A stretch of 64,000 bases of DNA from Octopus vulgaris (taxonomy: Eukaryota), in NCBI GenBank assembly GCA_951406725.2, contig OX597815.1, forward strand, positions 196,230,001 to 196,294,000, written 5' to 3'. Shown here one piece after another: positions 14,001-28,980 of this stretch (the stretch's first letter is position 1; each line of letters opens with the position of its first letter). Both the position numbers and the translations under genes were made by a program. Below the pieces are notes generated by a model, which saw only the letters and a program-made list of their open reading frames with translations, was not told the DNA's origin and ran no database searches.

Positions 14001-16838
14001 TCTATTTACCTACCTACGTATGTATATATCTATCTATCGTATGCATGCTCACACGTACATACATGCATGCATGCATTCATGGAACCATATATCCATAAAT
14101 AAATGCATACACAAGTAAGTACGTATGTCCTTACATACATGCATATTGGCAAGAAATCTTGAAATAAAACCGAACAATTACACACATACGTAAACTACGC
14201 CATATAGGATTAATTTACTATAAAAATATTTTTTAATATGTACAAGTGCATAATAAAAATAGTCATTTGGGATTTTTCTTATATTTAGGAAAGGAAGTCG
14301 ATGTATGTATACGTTACTCTGGGCATCAGATAAAGCATAACATTGCTTTGTTTTAATATTTGGAAACCATTTCAGATACTTTCCAATGGACAAATGCTTG
14401 CTAAATTCCTGGTTACGTCACATGTTCTTTTAATTTTAAACTTGACGACTCTATATATATTAGTGCACATAATGTACAAATTACATTAAGTACAAAGATA
14501 TACTGACATTTTGATTGATATCAGTGCATTTGGTCTATATGATAGTTATCTTATCTGTGATATATATTGGATGATTCATTAATTTGCTTTTAGCTAATTG
14601 TCCGGAAAAGGAGTAGGTTTATAACACAATACGTGTATATAATTTAGTTTCATGCTTACATGTACATACCCATATAGTTATTGACAGTGTTTCCACACAC
14701 TGGTGAAGTACGGTCCTGCTCATTCAAGTATTACAAATGAGGCGAAATAAGTGATTGAAAAGCTCTCATTATTTGTCGATATTAAAGTCAAAGAGGATTG
14801 TGTTGAGAAAATCGAAGCAGGCCCTAAATCAGACCACAAAAATATACTGGAAGCCATATGGCCATGCTCTATATCAATCTAGTCTATGTGGCTAATGTGC
14901 TGTAAGCGGAAATTTAGTTGTAGCGCTTGCCATGATATGTTCAGTTATTCGGAATGTTTCGGAGAGAAACTACTGCTTTCTAAGACAGTTAAATATTACT
15001 TCGGATGTAGTACTGAGTTTTACCACGAAGAATTTTAAAATTTTAAAGTTTTCAGTATAAAAAATAAAAGAATTAATTAATATCTTAGTATTGGAATTTA
15101 TATGCACAATAATGTTGTTGCACGTAGGGAGGGGATGTGCCAGAAATATTCCCACACTATTGTAAAGGCTAAGTAGATGATCACTTATTTATGTGGCTGG
15201 AATAAATGTCATCTTGGTTGGTGTATCTTTCATTAATATTATGACGTTAAAAAACTGATTTTCCAGTTGTCCCATACACACACGCATATATCATAGTTAA
15301 TACAGTGCAATCACCAAGAGATTCTGATTTCATTCCCCAGCAAGGCACTGAGTTGAATCAAGAATGGTGGGGCATACAAAGCCCAAATGCAGTGAAAGCA
15401 AGAACCAAGATTAGGACACCACTCTGATTCATACATAGCGATCGATGAGTCAGTTGGTTAAATACTTAATCATTTGAATAATCATAAAGAAGTGATTTGC
15501 ACTGGTGCGTGTGTTTATTATTATTGTGCTAATGACCATCCCAGTCACGCAACAAAATCTAGGCCCTGCATGCACTGTTGACTTACTAAAATTAACAATC
15601 AAATATCTTGAAATGATAATTCCCCGTGGTAGTTCAAATGACACATTGCGTTTTATCGTCCAGAGTTCACGGTTTCTTTTCTAGGCATAATGATGCTCAC
15701 GATAGGAACAAGTTTCCTTATAGATATACTCGATTTCAGGCGGTCTGTTGCTAAATGACATCAAAATGTTTTGCTCGTAAATATTTTCGTTTAGGCCAAT
15801 GTTTAGTTACAAGACAAAGCAAATATTTGACTTTGTTTTGAAGAACCGGTTTATAGTATTTTTAGAAGGCATAATGTTTAATTTTCATATGGTATTAAAT
15901 TTTCGAACATATTACAAATGTGTGCAGATCTATTTTACACTACATCCATTTTTGTGAAGAAACATTTCTATTACATCTGTAAGATTATGTTCCCAGTATA
16001 ATGTTTAAAGAAATCCGATCAAACATGTGAAGAAAAACCGATTCCATGGAATTATCTAGTTGGGGAAGCGTGAATAACAAATGTAAAATAAAACTGCTAA
16101 ACGCCAGTTGGATAGCACGAATATTTGCGTCGGATTATACAAATGAATATAATCTTCAAATCAATAAAAAGACGGAAAGTGCAAAACTCTGTGACTTTAA
16201 AAAAAATGAATTATGATTTTAGTAGTTCTTTCGCTTTTATTTATTTGTTGCGATTATATTTCCTTAATTTCTATTTTTATTGGTAAGAATACCAGCAATA
16301 GTATTCAAGTTAATCTCTCTCTAAAAGCGCAAAAATACTAAATACACTTCTGCTCTGAAATTGACATACTCGTTTGGAAAAGCAAGAATAAAAGAAACGT
16401 GTAAAGTATTTAGAAAATAACAATGGAAAATGCGATTCAACGTAAAATTTTTAAAATATAAAATATGAAATAAATTTGAAATTGAAAATTTAATTTAATC
16501 AAACTGAATTTTTGTATTCATTTATTTTCGTTTTATTTTTATGTCAACACAACTTAAACCTTCATCATGGTTGCTTGATTTGAGAAGCGATGCTGCAGCG
16601 AATTCAGACGCACTATTATTATTTGCAGAAATACTACTGAAGACTGCAGATTTGAAGGATAAAATCGATGAAATCAGCCTTTTATGGCCGATGTTTAACT
16701 CATATACCGAATGCGTTAGGAAATTTAAGGTGGATATCTACGTTAATAGAATACTTATAAATATCAGGAAATTCTGGATCTCCGTTCTGTATTAAAAGTT
16801 ACAAGAATTAACAGTCTTCAGTGAACACGTATCTCTGG

Positions 16839-16915
<77 letters not shown>

Positions 16916-17078
16916 ACGGCTTTAATATATGGAGTTTCGTTGCTCTTGACTGTTCACTTTAGTGGGTCTCTTTTTGCCGGGGACATAATCACAACAGCAT
17001 CTATTGTCAAGCGATGGTGGGGGGGGGGGGGGGGGACAAACACACACATGCATACATATACATACATATATATATGGC

Positions 17079-17272
17079 TGTCGCCATGCTAGATTGGTAG
17101 CCACTACACACATTTTTCTCTCCTTGTTTCTTTCTGTGATCCTTTCTGTGGAAGAGCGTAGGCTCGAAACGTTAAATACTTTTTTCAATTCCCGAGCGTT
17201 ATACAAATACATCTGTTTGCTTTCTACACCACCTGTCTTCATCTTTTCTTTTTTCTTGAATTCTCGCTCTCT
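17079..17272 (+). mobile_element. Family H1 hammerhead-like element, copy 2, nested in the microsatellite of a family B SINE
   Basis: cttt-CTGTGGA-a-gagc-gtag-gctc-GAA-acgt-t-aaa at 17142-17177. Confidence 0.8.
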
Positions 17273-17283
17273 CTATATATACA

Positions 17284-17339
<56 letters not shown>

Positions 17340-17340
<1 letters not shown>

Positions 17341-17498
17341 GACGGGCTTCTTTCAGTTTCCGTCTACCAAATCTATTAACAGGGCTTTGGTCGACCCGTT
17401 GCTATAGTAGAAGACACTTGTTCAAGGTGCCACACAGTAGGACCGAACCCGCAACTATGTGGCTGGTATGCAAGCTACTTACCATACAGTCACTCCAG
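17340..17498 (-). mobile_element. SINE family B, 5' half (degenerate 3' half near 16960-17045)
   Basis: gacgggcttctttcagtttccgtctaccaaat...accatacagtcactcc matches other copies. Confidence 0.85.
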
Positions 17499-17499
17499 C

Positions 17500-19650
17500 G
17501 CTTTGTTTGTTTTAATCAGCCGTTGGGGGACATAATTGCGAAGTATGAATCCCAAGCCTATTCAAACATAATACCATATAGCGTTCTTGTAACTCCCACC
17601 TATTTAAAAATAATAGAAATAATTTCTGAAGCACAGACAAATATTACTGTACAGATTAAACAGAAAACTACCAGGTGTATATGGAATAACATGACAGACC
17701 AGTGATCCTGTTACTTTTAAAAGCAAACATGTTGGGAATATTCGTAGCTAATTTTCTTCAAGCATTTTCAATGTATGATTTTGTTGAGACAAGCAGACTT
17801 AGAATTAATTCTTATTCAGATCGATCTAGCTCTCATTGTCTCAGAGTTGCAGATTTGGGATTTAGCAGGAGGATTTAGAATTTTCCAAAAGCAAATGCAG
17901 TTAAGTGCCGTTAAATAAAAGTGTTGTTTAAAGACTTGCTGAAAAAGGTTTTAGAATTAAAATAGTTAATAGAAATAGAAAATTACTTACAAGAATCGCT
18001 TTTATTAATTGTATTTTATTGACGAGTTTATATTATCTACGCTTTATCGGGGAATGAAAAGCGATTAAATTTAAGAAGTTTCTGGCGATGTGTAATGACG
18101 GCTAAACTGAATTCTGGATTATACCATACAATATATCTTTGTTCCTTACGCTTGGGTACATTAATACAGCTTGCATTATATATTTTATCTGTAAACCTAC
18201 AATTGCGGATTGTCTTATTTTAATTCGGCAAACTCATGTGAAGATAAGGAAGGTATGCGTTTACTACCTATATTTGATGGGCATTCAAATCGGCGGTTAT
18301 ATATTACAAACTGCTGCTATACTTTCGGTAAGGTAGAATCTAATTACGTGTAGATTTTAAAAACTAAAAAGATTTCCAGGGAATTACTTGTACCAAGGTT
18401 TTAGAGTATAATTCTTGAATCTATTTTTACGGAGAACTTTATTTTTCGTATGATATTTTTCAAATTCTTTCCTCTCAATAACTGTTAATGTCGAGCAGGG
18501 CTATTATATCATCGTTCTTTTGGATAAAACGTCTTGCAAAACAGGAACAGTTTTATGTAAGCATCTCAATATAAGAATTCAATAATTTTGTTTAATTTTC
18601 GAAATTTACAGATTTGAGAAGAATGTTCTATATCTTCTTGTGTGAATTTCCAGTTTTGTTGAGCTGAAACTATTCAGTTACGATCTTTATGTTAAAGAAA
18701 TTTTAAATTTGATGGTCTTTTGAACAATAAAAGAGTACAAACTTTTCTTGTTAACTATCTATACCTTTAGACCTACGTTTATTCACCTTCGTTTAGTTTA
18801 CTAAAATAATTTACATTGTAATTCTTACGCATCATGTACGGTGTAAGTTCGGTTAATTATTCTATTCTGATGTATTTGTTAAGGCTAATAGGAATATCTC
18901 TGTTTGAAAGTTTACGGCATTATTGCCGGGCGCTTCATAAAAGTTGGTAACAATACCGGATAAAATTTCCTTGCAATTTAGTCAGTAATGTACCGACTTT
19001 TAGATTCGTTCGATGATATATTACGTTTCTTGAAATCTTCTAGTGATCTTCAATTCTTGATCAAGTATATTTCGAAAGATTCTGTGGTTTTTCCAAGAAA
19101 TCACACGAACATATTAGAAATTTGATTGTAAAAATATTTTATAAAAATTGCTTGTCAGAGTGCATCCCCCTGCTCTAAATATTAATTTTTAGTGTAAGAC
19201 CACTAGTTACAATTATCAAAAAAGTATTTGAAGAATTAGAGAAAAAAATATTCTTTTCAAAGAATCAGAAGTGTGCAAAACCACCTGCGCAATGTCTTGT
19301 TTGAAGTAGAGAATGTGGATTATACAACACTTCACCAATATGATTTTAGTTGTAAGATACTATTATAAAAGGTGTTTTATGAAATATATTTGCCAATAAA
19401 CTAATAAAGTCTTTAGTATAATAAAGTAATATTCAATCGTGTCTCTGAGACAGAATTCTGGGACAACAGATAAAAATAAATTAAATAAAGCATGGTAATG
19501 GAAACATCACTTTGCATCGCACCTTTTGTGGAAAATTGTGAATTTTAACAATAACCTCGCTCAAAGCGAATTCATAATAATTATCAAAGATGTATGTTTT
19601 GTAAAGTGATTTATTGAGGATAAAGATCGTAATTATTAGTTGTTCAAGAT
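17500..19650 (+). pseudogene. Heavily decayed L1/Tx1-like ORF2 (RT) remnant
   Basis: Fragmentary translations HDRPVILLLLKANMLGIFVANFLQ (compare YRPISLLN.DYKILAKILANRL) and SRAIISSFFW; many stops; boundaries approximate. Confidence 0.4.
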
Positions 19651-19940
19651 ATTATATTAACACATCACATTTATAACACTCTATTCCCAATGGCAAACCA
19701 GATGTCTGCACAGAAATATCCATATATTGTGGTCTTGTGTGCAGTCGGTCTGGATGGTGTTAATATTTCAACCATTCTGTCTCTATCTTTATTTCGTTCA
19801 TTCTTTCTATGTTTTTGCTATTCTCAATTTTCTTCTTCAACTTGCTATATATCAACATCATCGTCTCCACCTTCATCACCGCCACCAACACACCACCACA
19901 ACCACCGCCAACAACAGAACCACTACCATCACCATTATCT

Positions 19941-20117
19941 ATTTCTTTATTGCCCACAAGGGGCTAAACATAGAGGGGACAAACAAGGACAGACAAAGAG
20001 ATTAAGTTGATTACATCGATCCCAGTGTGTAGCTGGTACTTTATTTAATCGACCCCGAAAGGACGAAATACCGCTAAGCATTTCGCCTGGCGTGCTAACG
20101 ATTCTGCCGGCTCGCCG
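19941..20117 (-). mobile_element. SINE family A, internally deleted
   Basis: Reverse complement of the 1471 and 29803 copies. Confidence 0.85.
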
Positions 20118-20118
20118 A

Positions 20119-20310
20119 TCATCATCAGCATCAGCATCATCATCATCATCTTCTTCTTCTTCTTCTTCTTCTTCTTCTTCTTCTTCTTCTTCTTCTTCTT
20201 CTTCTTCTTCTTCTTCTTCTTCTTCTTCTTCTTCTTCTTCTTCTTCTTCTTCTTCTTCTTCTTCTTCTTCTTCTTCTTCTTCTTCTTCTTCTTCTTCGTC
20301 GTCGTCGTCT
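20119..20310. repeat. (TCA)n-(TCT)n-(TCG)n trinucleotide microsatellite
   Basis: Direct reading; explains the poly-E/poly-S ORFs. Confidence 0.95.
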
Positions 20311-21099
20311 TTGAAACAATCTTGTGCGTTGGACAAAATCGCCTTGCAGAAATTAGCTACAGCGCTTCCATTTTGATTTCAAATCATACTAAAGGTAACT
20401 TTGCTTTTCATCTTCTCAGGGTTCATAAATAGTTCCAGTCTAAGAACTATACTCAATGATATCAACTAATTCTTCCTGTAAAATTTATTGGTCCAGAGCC
20501 TAAAAGAGAAACAATTATTCTTAGAATGGAAGTGCATTTACAGAATCTTCGAAACATTAAAAAAAATTGCCTTTTAACATTAAATTGCGAACATTTACCT
20601 TCTGATTTTACGTCAACGCAGAGGGAAAATTTAACCTCCGGTCTTTAGTTTCGTTACTCAGGAGATATATAGTAGATTTCATTACCCACTAAAATGGTTG
20701 TCTCGGAATACTACAGCTGATATGCGCCGGTAATCAATCAGTCTAAAATGTCCGCAAGAAAATATTGCGCCTGCAGTAGTGAGTAGATTGAGTCACTATA
20801 ACTATGGCATGCTTTCACGCAACTTGACTTTTTGTTATAGATACTGATATTGCGCAATCGAAAATCAATATTGAACCTGTAGCATCTGAAATTATGACAG
20901 GAGGTTCGTAAATCTCATTTCATCTAGGTCGTTCCATAGGATGCCCCTTTTAAGGGTTTCGGTTGCGCATATTATAGGTGTCACAGGGCGCTGCTCCATG
21001 CGGTCCTTCAGTTTCCAGCTATCAAGGAATATTAGGGCATCATCCATTGTTTTGTATTCAAGATTCCCTACATGACATCCTGCTAGTTCAAAGCCAGGA

Positions 21100-21650
21100 A
21101 TCTAGTCTATTAGGTCCTGCCAATAACTAAATACACGCCTACCGCCGACGCTTCGATTTATTGTCGTTAAGGTTTTGTCTTTCTCCAGCCCTTCGATCTG
21201 TCTGGCCTGGTAACACCTGCCCGAAGATTTCTCTCCCTCCAATATAGCTCTCCGGGTCAATGGAGCACACAGGCACTTCACCGCGACAAAGTACTTGTTG
21301 ATTTGTCCATTGACTACACAGTAGTACTTCCACCTTTTAACGGGTCTTATTTTTTGCCCCGCAGAGTGTCCAACAATCACCCTCCTCAACAAACAAGCTT
21401 TATGGGCTTGGCAGTTGAGTCGCCGACGACAGAACCATGAGACAGGTTGTACTGGGTTACATGTTACCAGTAGCGCTCAGGAGCGAGCACACCGAAGGTT
21501 TGTAAAAGAAAACTCTATGGAGGTGATGCAGAGCTTGTATAACGAAAAATATCTACAAGTACAAGTCTGTCTGGCAGGCTACAAAGAAGCGTTGATAGTT
21601 CGGAATCAAACACAACAGTTCCTGCAGTGCTGAAACACAGAGCATGCGAA
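21100..21650 (-). pseudogene. Possible decayed L1/Tx1 ORF2 linker fragment
   Basis: Higher GC; minus-strand frame includes RRAILEGEKSS, resembling the EGEK motif of the L1-clade EN-RT linker. Confidence 0.3.
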
Positions 21651-22489
21651 ATTGTTCGGTATTCACGCTGAGTACGTATATAAATTTATATAGAACAACT
21701 ATTAGCAGACAAGAAAATGCCGTAGTTGACAGCCAAAACTGTCCTGAAAATCCAAGTATGCACTACGGTGTGTTTGATTTGGAGACTGAATACTCCCGAC
21801 GTAATCAAGACCTTTCATTTTTCCCCGTGTCTAATCAAATAAAGTACCTGCCAAATATAAGAGTCAATAATTTACTGAAAACTTGAGTTGTACGTATGTT
21901 TGACATCATTCATATTCTTTTTATAGCATGAAGGTATTATTATCGTTACAGTTCTGTTGAAAACCCCTGGCACTATTTATTGTAAGCCTTTATACACGTT
22001 CAATCTCTTGATGGTCGATAAAACATGATGGATTCAATCACAACGTTCAAATTCAATGATATCTATTTTCACCAAACTTCCTGCTGCTTCTATGGTAAAG
22101 ATAATTATCGTGATCAAGACCATCCTCATCATCCTTATGTCATCCAAATCACGGTATTCACCGTCATCATCGTCACCATCAACTTCTTTGTCTAACTGGA
22201 AATCACCCGACACTGTCGGCAGCAGATTTGGCAACAGCTTCACGAGCAGTAGTAGACTAGTCATTCTCAATGGTAGTATTTATTTTGGTCTACTCTTTTC
22301 CATCGAGTACAAAAATAAAAGTTATATTTACTACCACCAGAAGAAAGGTATTAAATTACGAAAGAGACATCTACACAACAAAAACACGCCGACACATGCG
22401 CGCGCACACACACACACACACACACGCACACAGCACACAAAGAACAGGTATTGAGAAACTTAGATTATCATGGAGATGTATGTATATGT

Positions 22490-22763
22490 ATCAGGCTATC
22501 AGACGTTGCTACACATCGCTGGTCACAATGCGTTTCGCATTGTTTTAGCCTTCAAATGACGCCGCCCCGCTGGCTAAGCGAGCAGGCCAACAGAAGAAAG
22601 AGTGAGAGAAAGTTGTGGTGAAAGAGTACAGCAGGGATCGCCACCCCCACCCACCCCTTCCGGAGCGTCGTGGAGCTTTAGGTGTTTTCGCTCAATAAAC
22701 ACTCACATCGCCCAGTCTGGGAATCGAAACCTCGAGTCCGCTACCCTAACCACTGGGCCATTG
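22490..22763 (-). mobile_element. tRNA-headed SINE family C with alternative 3' tail
   Basis: 22595-22763 matches the head and body of the 61875 copy; 22490-22590 is a different tail. Confidence 0.85.
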
Positions 22764-22918
22764 GACTTTCATCATATGCATATGTATGTCTTTGTGGGTG
22801 TATGTGAGTGTCTTTCCGTCAGAAAGTGTGTTGAATAGGTGCCTGAGTTAGATTTCTTTATGAATGTATGTATGCCATTGTTCGGTTTTATTTCATGCCA
22901 ATGTATGTGTGTGTATAT

Positions 22919-22983
<65 letters not shown>

Positions 22984-23399
22984 AAACATATAAAGATTCA
23001 TATTTATTTATATTTGGCATGAACACAAGTGTATGGATGAATATTTGTAATTAAATTTCATCATTATTAATAAGAAATATTTCGCCTACTACTGTATAAT
23101 TACATTTTTATGTTTGTCTCTATTACATGTCTTAGATAAAAGCAAACATGAGAAATAAAAAAAGAACAAAAGCTAGAGATATATAGTTTTTTTTTTTAAA
23201 GTTACTTGATTACTTGATTAACCGGTTTATTGCATTGTATACTGCAGCACTAATCCAGTTATAAATGGCAGTTTGCTGAAGCTACATAATATTCTTTAAT
23301 CATGGTGTCATGTTTGAGAGAAAAAACTATCTTACGTATATTCTTATGTACGTATTCTTACGTAGGTATTCTTACATACACACACACGTATATCAGATT

Positions 23400-24600
23400 G
23401 TTTTCTAAGTTTGTACAACTAACTCTGCTTGGAATCTTTAATAACATTAGCCGTCTTGTGGTGTGCAACATTTTACAATAACACAACTCGAACGGTTTGG
23501 AATCTCGTAAGTTGTTTGTTATGAAGAGCTTTCTTATTTTGTAACATTTAGAAGACGATGAATATTTTTAATCCTTTTAAATATTGTTCAAGCTTTGCAT
23601 AAGAACCTTTTGTATAGTATTACAAACGTTGCTTTCGTTTTTGAAATTTGGGTTTCCCGGATCACTGCTTAGAGAATTAGCATATTTGCATCCTTCCATC
23701 GTTCCATCTGTCTACATTTGTTTCTGTCGGATTATATTTATCGAAACATCAGAACAAAATATAGCTTAAATCTCGTCAGCTTTTTTCAGCTTAATTCCGT
23801 AATCACCGGTTGTATGAAGCAAATATGCAGATAATTATTAGATCTAATTCTGTTGGAAGTTAAATGGCGATTCCTGTTATTTGTAAGAGTCACTCAAATT
23901 ATGATATATTCCAAAAGCACATATCTTCCTTCTCTTCGTTATCGAACCAATCCCTTCTGTGATTACCTTTCTCCATATTCCTACAACTTTCTGAAAGTCG
24001 GTGTCTATATCTACTAGATAACCCCTTTTACCTGCAATGACATCATTTGGATACTGTCAGTGTATCATTGAGCAAACACATATGTCTCCAGTAAATCATA
24101 TTTACTCGCTTTCGTTTTTGGTGTTTTCACTCCCTCTAGCCGCAAATATGATACAGCTTTGACACCCACAAGACAACTCAGCAAGTTTTTCAATTTAGTT
24201 CTTCATATTAAAATCAAACTCAGATTTCTCGAGTTTGAAAACAAATGCGATTCACTGGTTAGTATCTCTATAGCACTAAAGGCAACGATTATTGAATAAA
24301 CCTTCAACATATCTCCACTGTGGACTGTTTACTCAACATTGTAGTGCCTGTGTGTCGAATACCTCGATGATCAAAAATAATTCGGTGCCTCGCATAACCT
24401 CAGTCATATAAACAGCCAAAATGCAGTCATTCATTACGGTTCCTTCTACTCGCCTACCGACAAGGAAATGGCTACTAAGTGCTATATCCATTATCTTCAA
24501 ATTATACACCCAAATTTCTCCTTCAATAAGACACAGAATAGTCTCTCTTTATAACAAACTATCCATACTATGCTGCTGTGTGACGTAGCGTCTGCCGATA
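23400..24600 (-). pseudogene. Possible very old LINE (RTE-like) remnant
   Basis: Composition and weak fragments only; no intact motif; boundaries approximate. Confidence 0.2.
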
Positions 24601-26412
24601 GCATAAAGACTTATCGCTGAGTACTGAACTAGTTTTATATCTACTCATATCAAAAAAGTAAGGGAATATTCGTGAACTGCACCCCCTTAATGACTTTTCT
24701 TATTGAAAATATATAAAACGGCAGAAGAGTTAACCCACGATACACGCTTTGCCTGCACGCTATAAAATCATGACATTTTGCTCTCATGAACTTTAAGAAA
24801 AACAATATTATTGCCCTGCACGTTAGCAAACAAAACAACCGTGACTAACATGATAGCGTTCTAGCTAAGATGTTTATTGATTCCACCCGTCTTTTGGCTT
24901 AGATAAGGACAGGCATAACAAACTTACTTTCCGCACCCAAACATAATTTGTTATCACATGCAATCTAGACATCTCCCGCTATTTCTTCGAATGCAGAAAT
25001 CATTAAAGCATCGTATAGCATACATCTATAAAAATGTACTCGCTTGCAACACATACACGCACACATGCACGTACATACACACACACATTACTTAAGGAAC
25101 AGCTATTCAATTACATTATTTATATGTGTCAACCACACACGCGCAAATGAAACCAATCTGAGGTTTGTTCTAAATGCCACGCTTTGCATTTTATGGTGAA
25201 ATCTTATTGTCGACTAAAATTGTTACATTAGAAGTGCAGTTTCATAACACAACGTTCGTGCTGCATTCAAACTTCTAAATATAGTATTATGGTTGTCATT
25301 CAGCTTTAATAAAGCTACTCACATACGCACTATTACATCATTCTATCATTCATAAAACAGGTTTAATTCTGGCAATCTTGTAAGCTACCCAACCCTAATA
25401 CCTCACATTCGTTATAAAGTGGTCAGGCTTGTAATATACATATATATCTGAAAAATACGAATATCAAGGACCTAATTATGTCGTATGGTATTCGTTCTAA
25501 ACTTTGCTCAAATTTTCAAGTTTTATTTAATATACTCCTTTGATTCATTTCACCACTATTTTCCCATCTTGCTTTTACTTTTCCTAAGACATAGCACTTT
25601 GCTGAAAAATATTTGTATCATTATATCCCCGAGCTGCAATTCGCTTCAATTATATTTACGTCCTGTGGGCAGCGATATATGCATGAGAGAAACATTTCTA
25701 AGGATGTTATTAGTCGAACCAGGAGTAGAGTGAAATATAAAATGCAGACTTAAATAATGTTTAAAGTTGTGAAATAACTTACAATGATATAAATACGGTG
25801 AAGAAGATTTTCTATAACTCTACAGCTTTCATCGATTTAAAATTTTTTACAAATTTCCTAATTTGACAAAATACATATTTTTATTTAAGGAGAATGATTG
25901 TAATTAAGAATAATAACTAAGCCATGGGTAACGTTTCTTTGAGATTCGAAACGTTTCCAGATCACGTGGGACTCAGGTCACCTGGAAATCTGATCGCGTG
26001 GGACTCTGAACATCTTGACTGACGTATAAAAAATGGTAGAAACGTCTTGTAACAAAACACTTGAAATGTCTATGTCAATGTTGGTTTCTCGAGTTTTCTT
26101 AAGGAAGAGTGTGTATGCTTTAAATTAATGCCATCATACAAATGTACATGTGTGTATGAGTAGGTGTGTGTGCGTGCATGCGTGTGTGTATGTTTGTGTG
26201 GGTATGTTCGTGCACATATACGTGTACCACACTGGCACACTGGCACACACACTCAAGACGAAATGAAGACACACTGCTGATGCGGAATCCAGTTACGACA
26301 AAACAAACGTGACCTCCATGCCGACTCACCAGACGACTTCATACTTTTTGCCAGTGTATATTTCTCTGCTTGTTGTAGACGTACGTTCATATATACTTAC
26401 ATAAATAAATAA

Positions 26413-26502
<90 letters not shown>

Positions 26503-27802
26503 GCTTACAGCTACAACCACAAGTATATGAGTGTGTTACTGTCCGTATATGTATGTATGTTTGTGCATTTTATGAATATTAATACAGCTTTCATGAATCT
26601 ACTAAATTCTCCCATGTTACCACTGTACAAGAAATATTTTATTTGCTTAGTATGAAGTTGTGTGTAATATATGAAATGTGATCGCACATTCAGGCTTTAT
26701 TTGCAGTATATATAAATATATTAAATCATACCAATACAACTTCGTCCCTCTCACTTTCTAATATATCACTCATTTCCTAACACACATATATATACACACA
26801 CACACGCGCGCAAACACACACATATTTGTATAGAGAAAGTGAGGAGTGGAGGAAAGAAAATCATAGGATTGGGTATACACTGATAAATATATGTTTATGT
26901 ATTTACCCTTGCATATACACACCTATACATGTTCGTATACATAAATTAGAAAAGCAATTTCATTCAAGTATTCGTGTTTACATATGAGTATGTATATAGC
27001 ATTCTTGCCATTCCAATGCTAAATGCTTGGATGTATTTGTATCGAGGGAGAAAAAGAACACAAAGAATTCTTATACATTTTTGTTCTTGGTTTTCTCTTG
27101 GCGGACTCAGAGAAGAAACGACTAAATCCTAAGAGGAATGTCATTTATTATTATACCTTTAATTTAAAAGAAAGATCACAATGGACTTGTGTACCTCACA
27201 GGAGGCATCGAAATGTTCTGAGATAAGAGTGCAATGGAGTGGACTGCGGAGTTGCTTACAAGATGATGAAATTTGAATTGCAATTTAACAAATCAGCCTG
27301 GAAATTTTCCGCGCCGGTTCTGCAGCTAATGCGGAGTTTTTCCTCGTGTATCTTTGTATTCCATACATCTTGGGGAATCAACCTTTAAGTGCGTCCGTGA
27401 TAATATGAGAATAACAAAAACTGCTGTTGAGAATTGGACATTGCGTCATGTCTGTTATTAAATGCTGATATGGTTAAATTTATCATGAGAGGAGATGATG
27501 GGGCCAGTACTGCATACAGATAGCATATACATGAAAGAAGCGTTAAAGAATGAAAAGCCGAGGTTGTTTACTCTTGAGGTTTTCCGGCGAGTGATAACTG
27601 AAGTTCCTTACTAAATTTCCCGGTGTTAAATTAATAACTAAACTTGATAACTAAACACGAAACGCGATCCCAGAGTAAGTGATTATTTTTTAGATCTGCT
27701 CATGCACGAATATTTTCATTAGTCATAGACGGAATGAGGAATACAGTCATCGCAGACACTGCAAATTCTTGGGATGATAAAGATAATTATTTGAAGACAT
27801 AT

Positions 27803-28025
27803 ACTAGTGGGTGCTGAAAAGTTCCTGGCTTTGGGTAAAAGAAACTACTGGAGAATCAGTTAGTTATGATTATATTCAACATATACCCATCTCCGATCCA
27901 CACATTTATTTGCAGCGGTTCTTCAGCTTTTCTAAGCCCCCTGAGTTCTTAACCAGGAGGTTAGGCTTCCATTCAGACTTTTCGTGACAACTTTAAAGCT
28001 AAGTATTTTTCAGCGTCCATCCCCC
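27803..28025. mobile_element. mariner-derived MITE
   Basis: Left TIR ta-ctagtgggtgctgaaaagttcctggcttt; degenerate right TIR aaagctaagtatttttcagcgtcc. Confidence 0.65.
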
Positions 28026-28342
28026 CCTATCTCTATCGGACATCTTATAAAAAAGCATATCTTCTCTAGGATAGAATCGCAGCACAAATAATATATTTTT
28101 TTCTTTTTTACCCTTTATATTTCAGAAGTCATTGTAGCCACGATCAAACAGAAAGAAAGTAGCATGAGCTAAACATGAATAATTTACGTGTTCACACATC
28201 TGATAAGACGCTGATGCTACACTTTCAAACTTACAAATACTAAGATAAAAAGCCCTTTGCTCATTGAGAGTGTATTATTCATTACCCAACAACAGCTACT
28301 AACATAAATATACAGTGATCTCCGCTTTTCACGCAGAATAAT

Positions 28343-28500
28343 CGCAGGCAAGGCTGTGTGGTAAAAAGCTTGCTTCCCAACCTCATATCTCCGGGTTCAG
28401 TCCCGCTGCGTGGCACGCTGTGTAAGTGTCTTCTACTGTAATCTCGGGCCGACTAAAGCCTTGTGAGTGGATTTGGTAGACGGAAACTGAAAGAAGCCCG

Positions 28501-28539
<39 letters not shown>

Positions 28540-28710
28540 CGATGAAAATTTTTGCTTTAAAATATTTGTAAGATCTGCAGTAGAGCTTTTTGGTGAGAAG
28601 CAGGACTTGCTATTCATATAAGATCTTATGACAGTATTTATTAATTGAAGAGATAGCCTTCTTCGGTAAAGAAGTGGCAATCCTCACACACACATACACT
28701 CGCACACACG

Positions 28711-28776
<66 letters not shown>

Positions 28777-28980
28777 GCTGTGTTTGTCTTCCCATCATCG
28801 CTTGACGACCGACGTTGGTGTGTTTACGACACCATAACTTAGCGGTTCGGCCAAAGATACCGATAGAATAAGTACCAGGCTTACAAAGAATACCTCCTGG
28901 AGACGATTTGTTCCACTAAAATCGGTACTCCAGCATGGTCGCAGTCAAATGACTGAAAGAAATTAAAGAATAAAAGAATA
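28343..28980 (+). mobile_element. SINE family B with an unrelated insert (about 28538-28690) in its central microsatellite
   Basis: 5' half 28343-28502 and 3' half 28780-28980 match other copies. Confidence 0.9.

Noticed and set aside
22034-22454. Overlapping ORFs with acidic or Ser-rich stretches
   Set aside because: Driven by (CAT)-rich low complexity; no recognisable product.
25820-26055. Further degenerate ctgacg...gaaacgtc and gaaagct motifs
   Set aside because: Stems I and II are not supported; too decayed to call.
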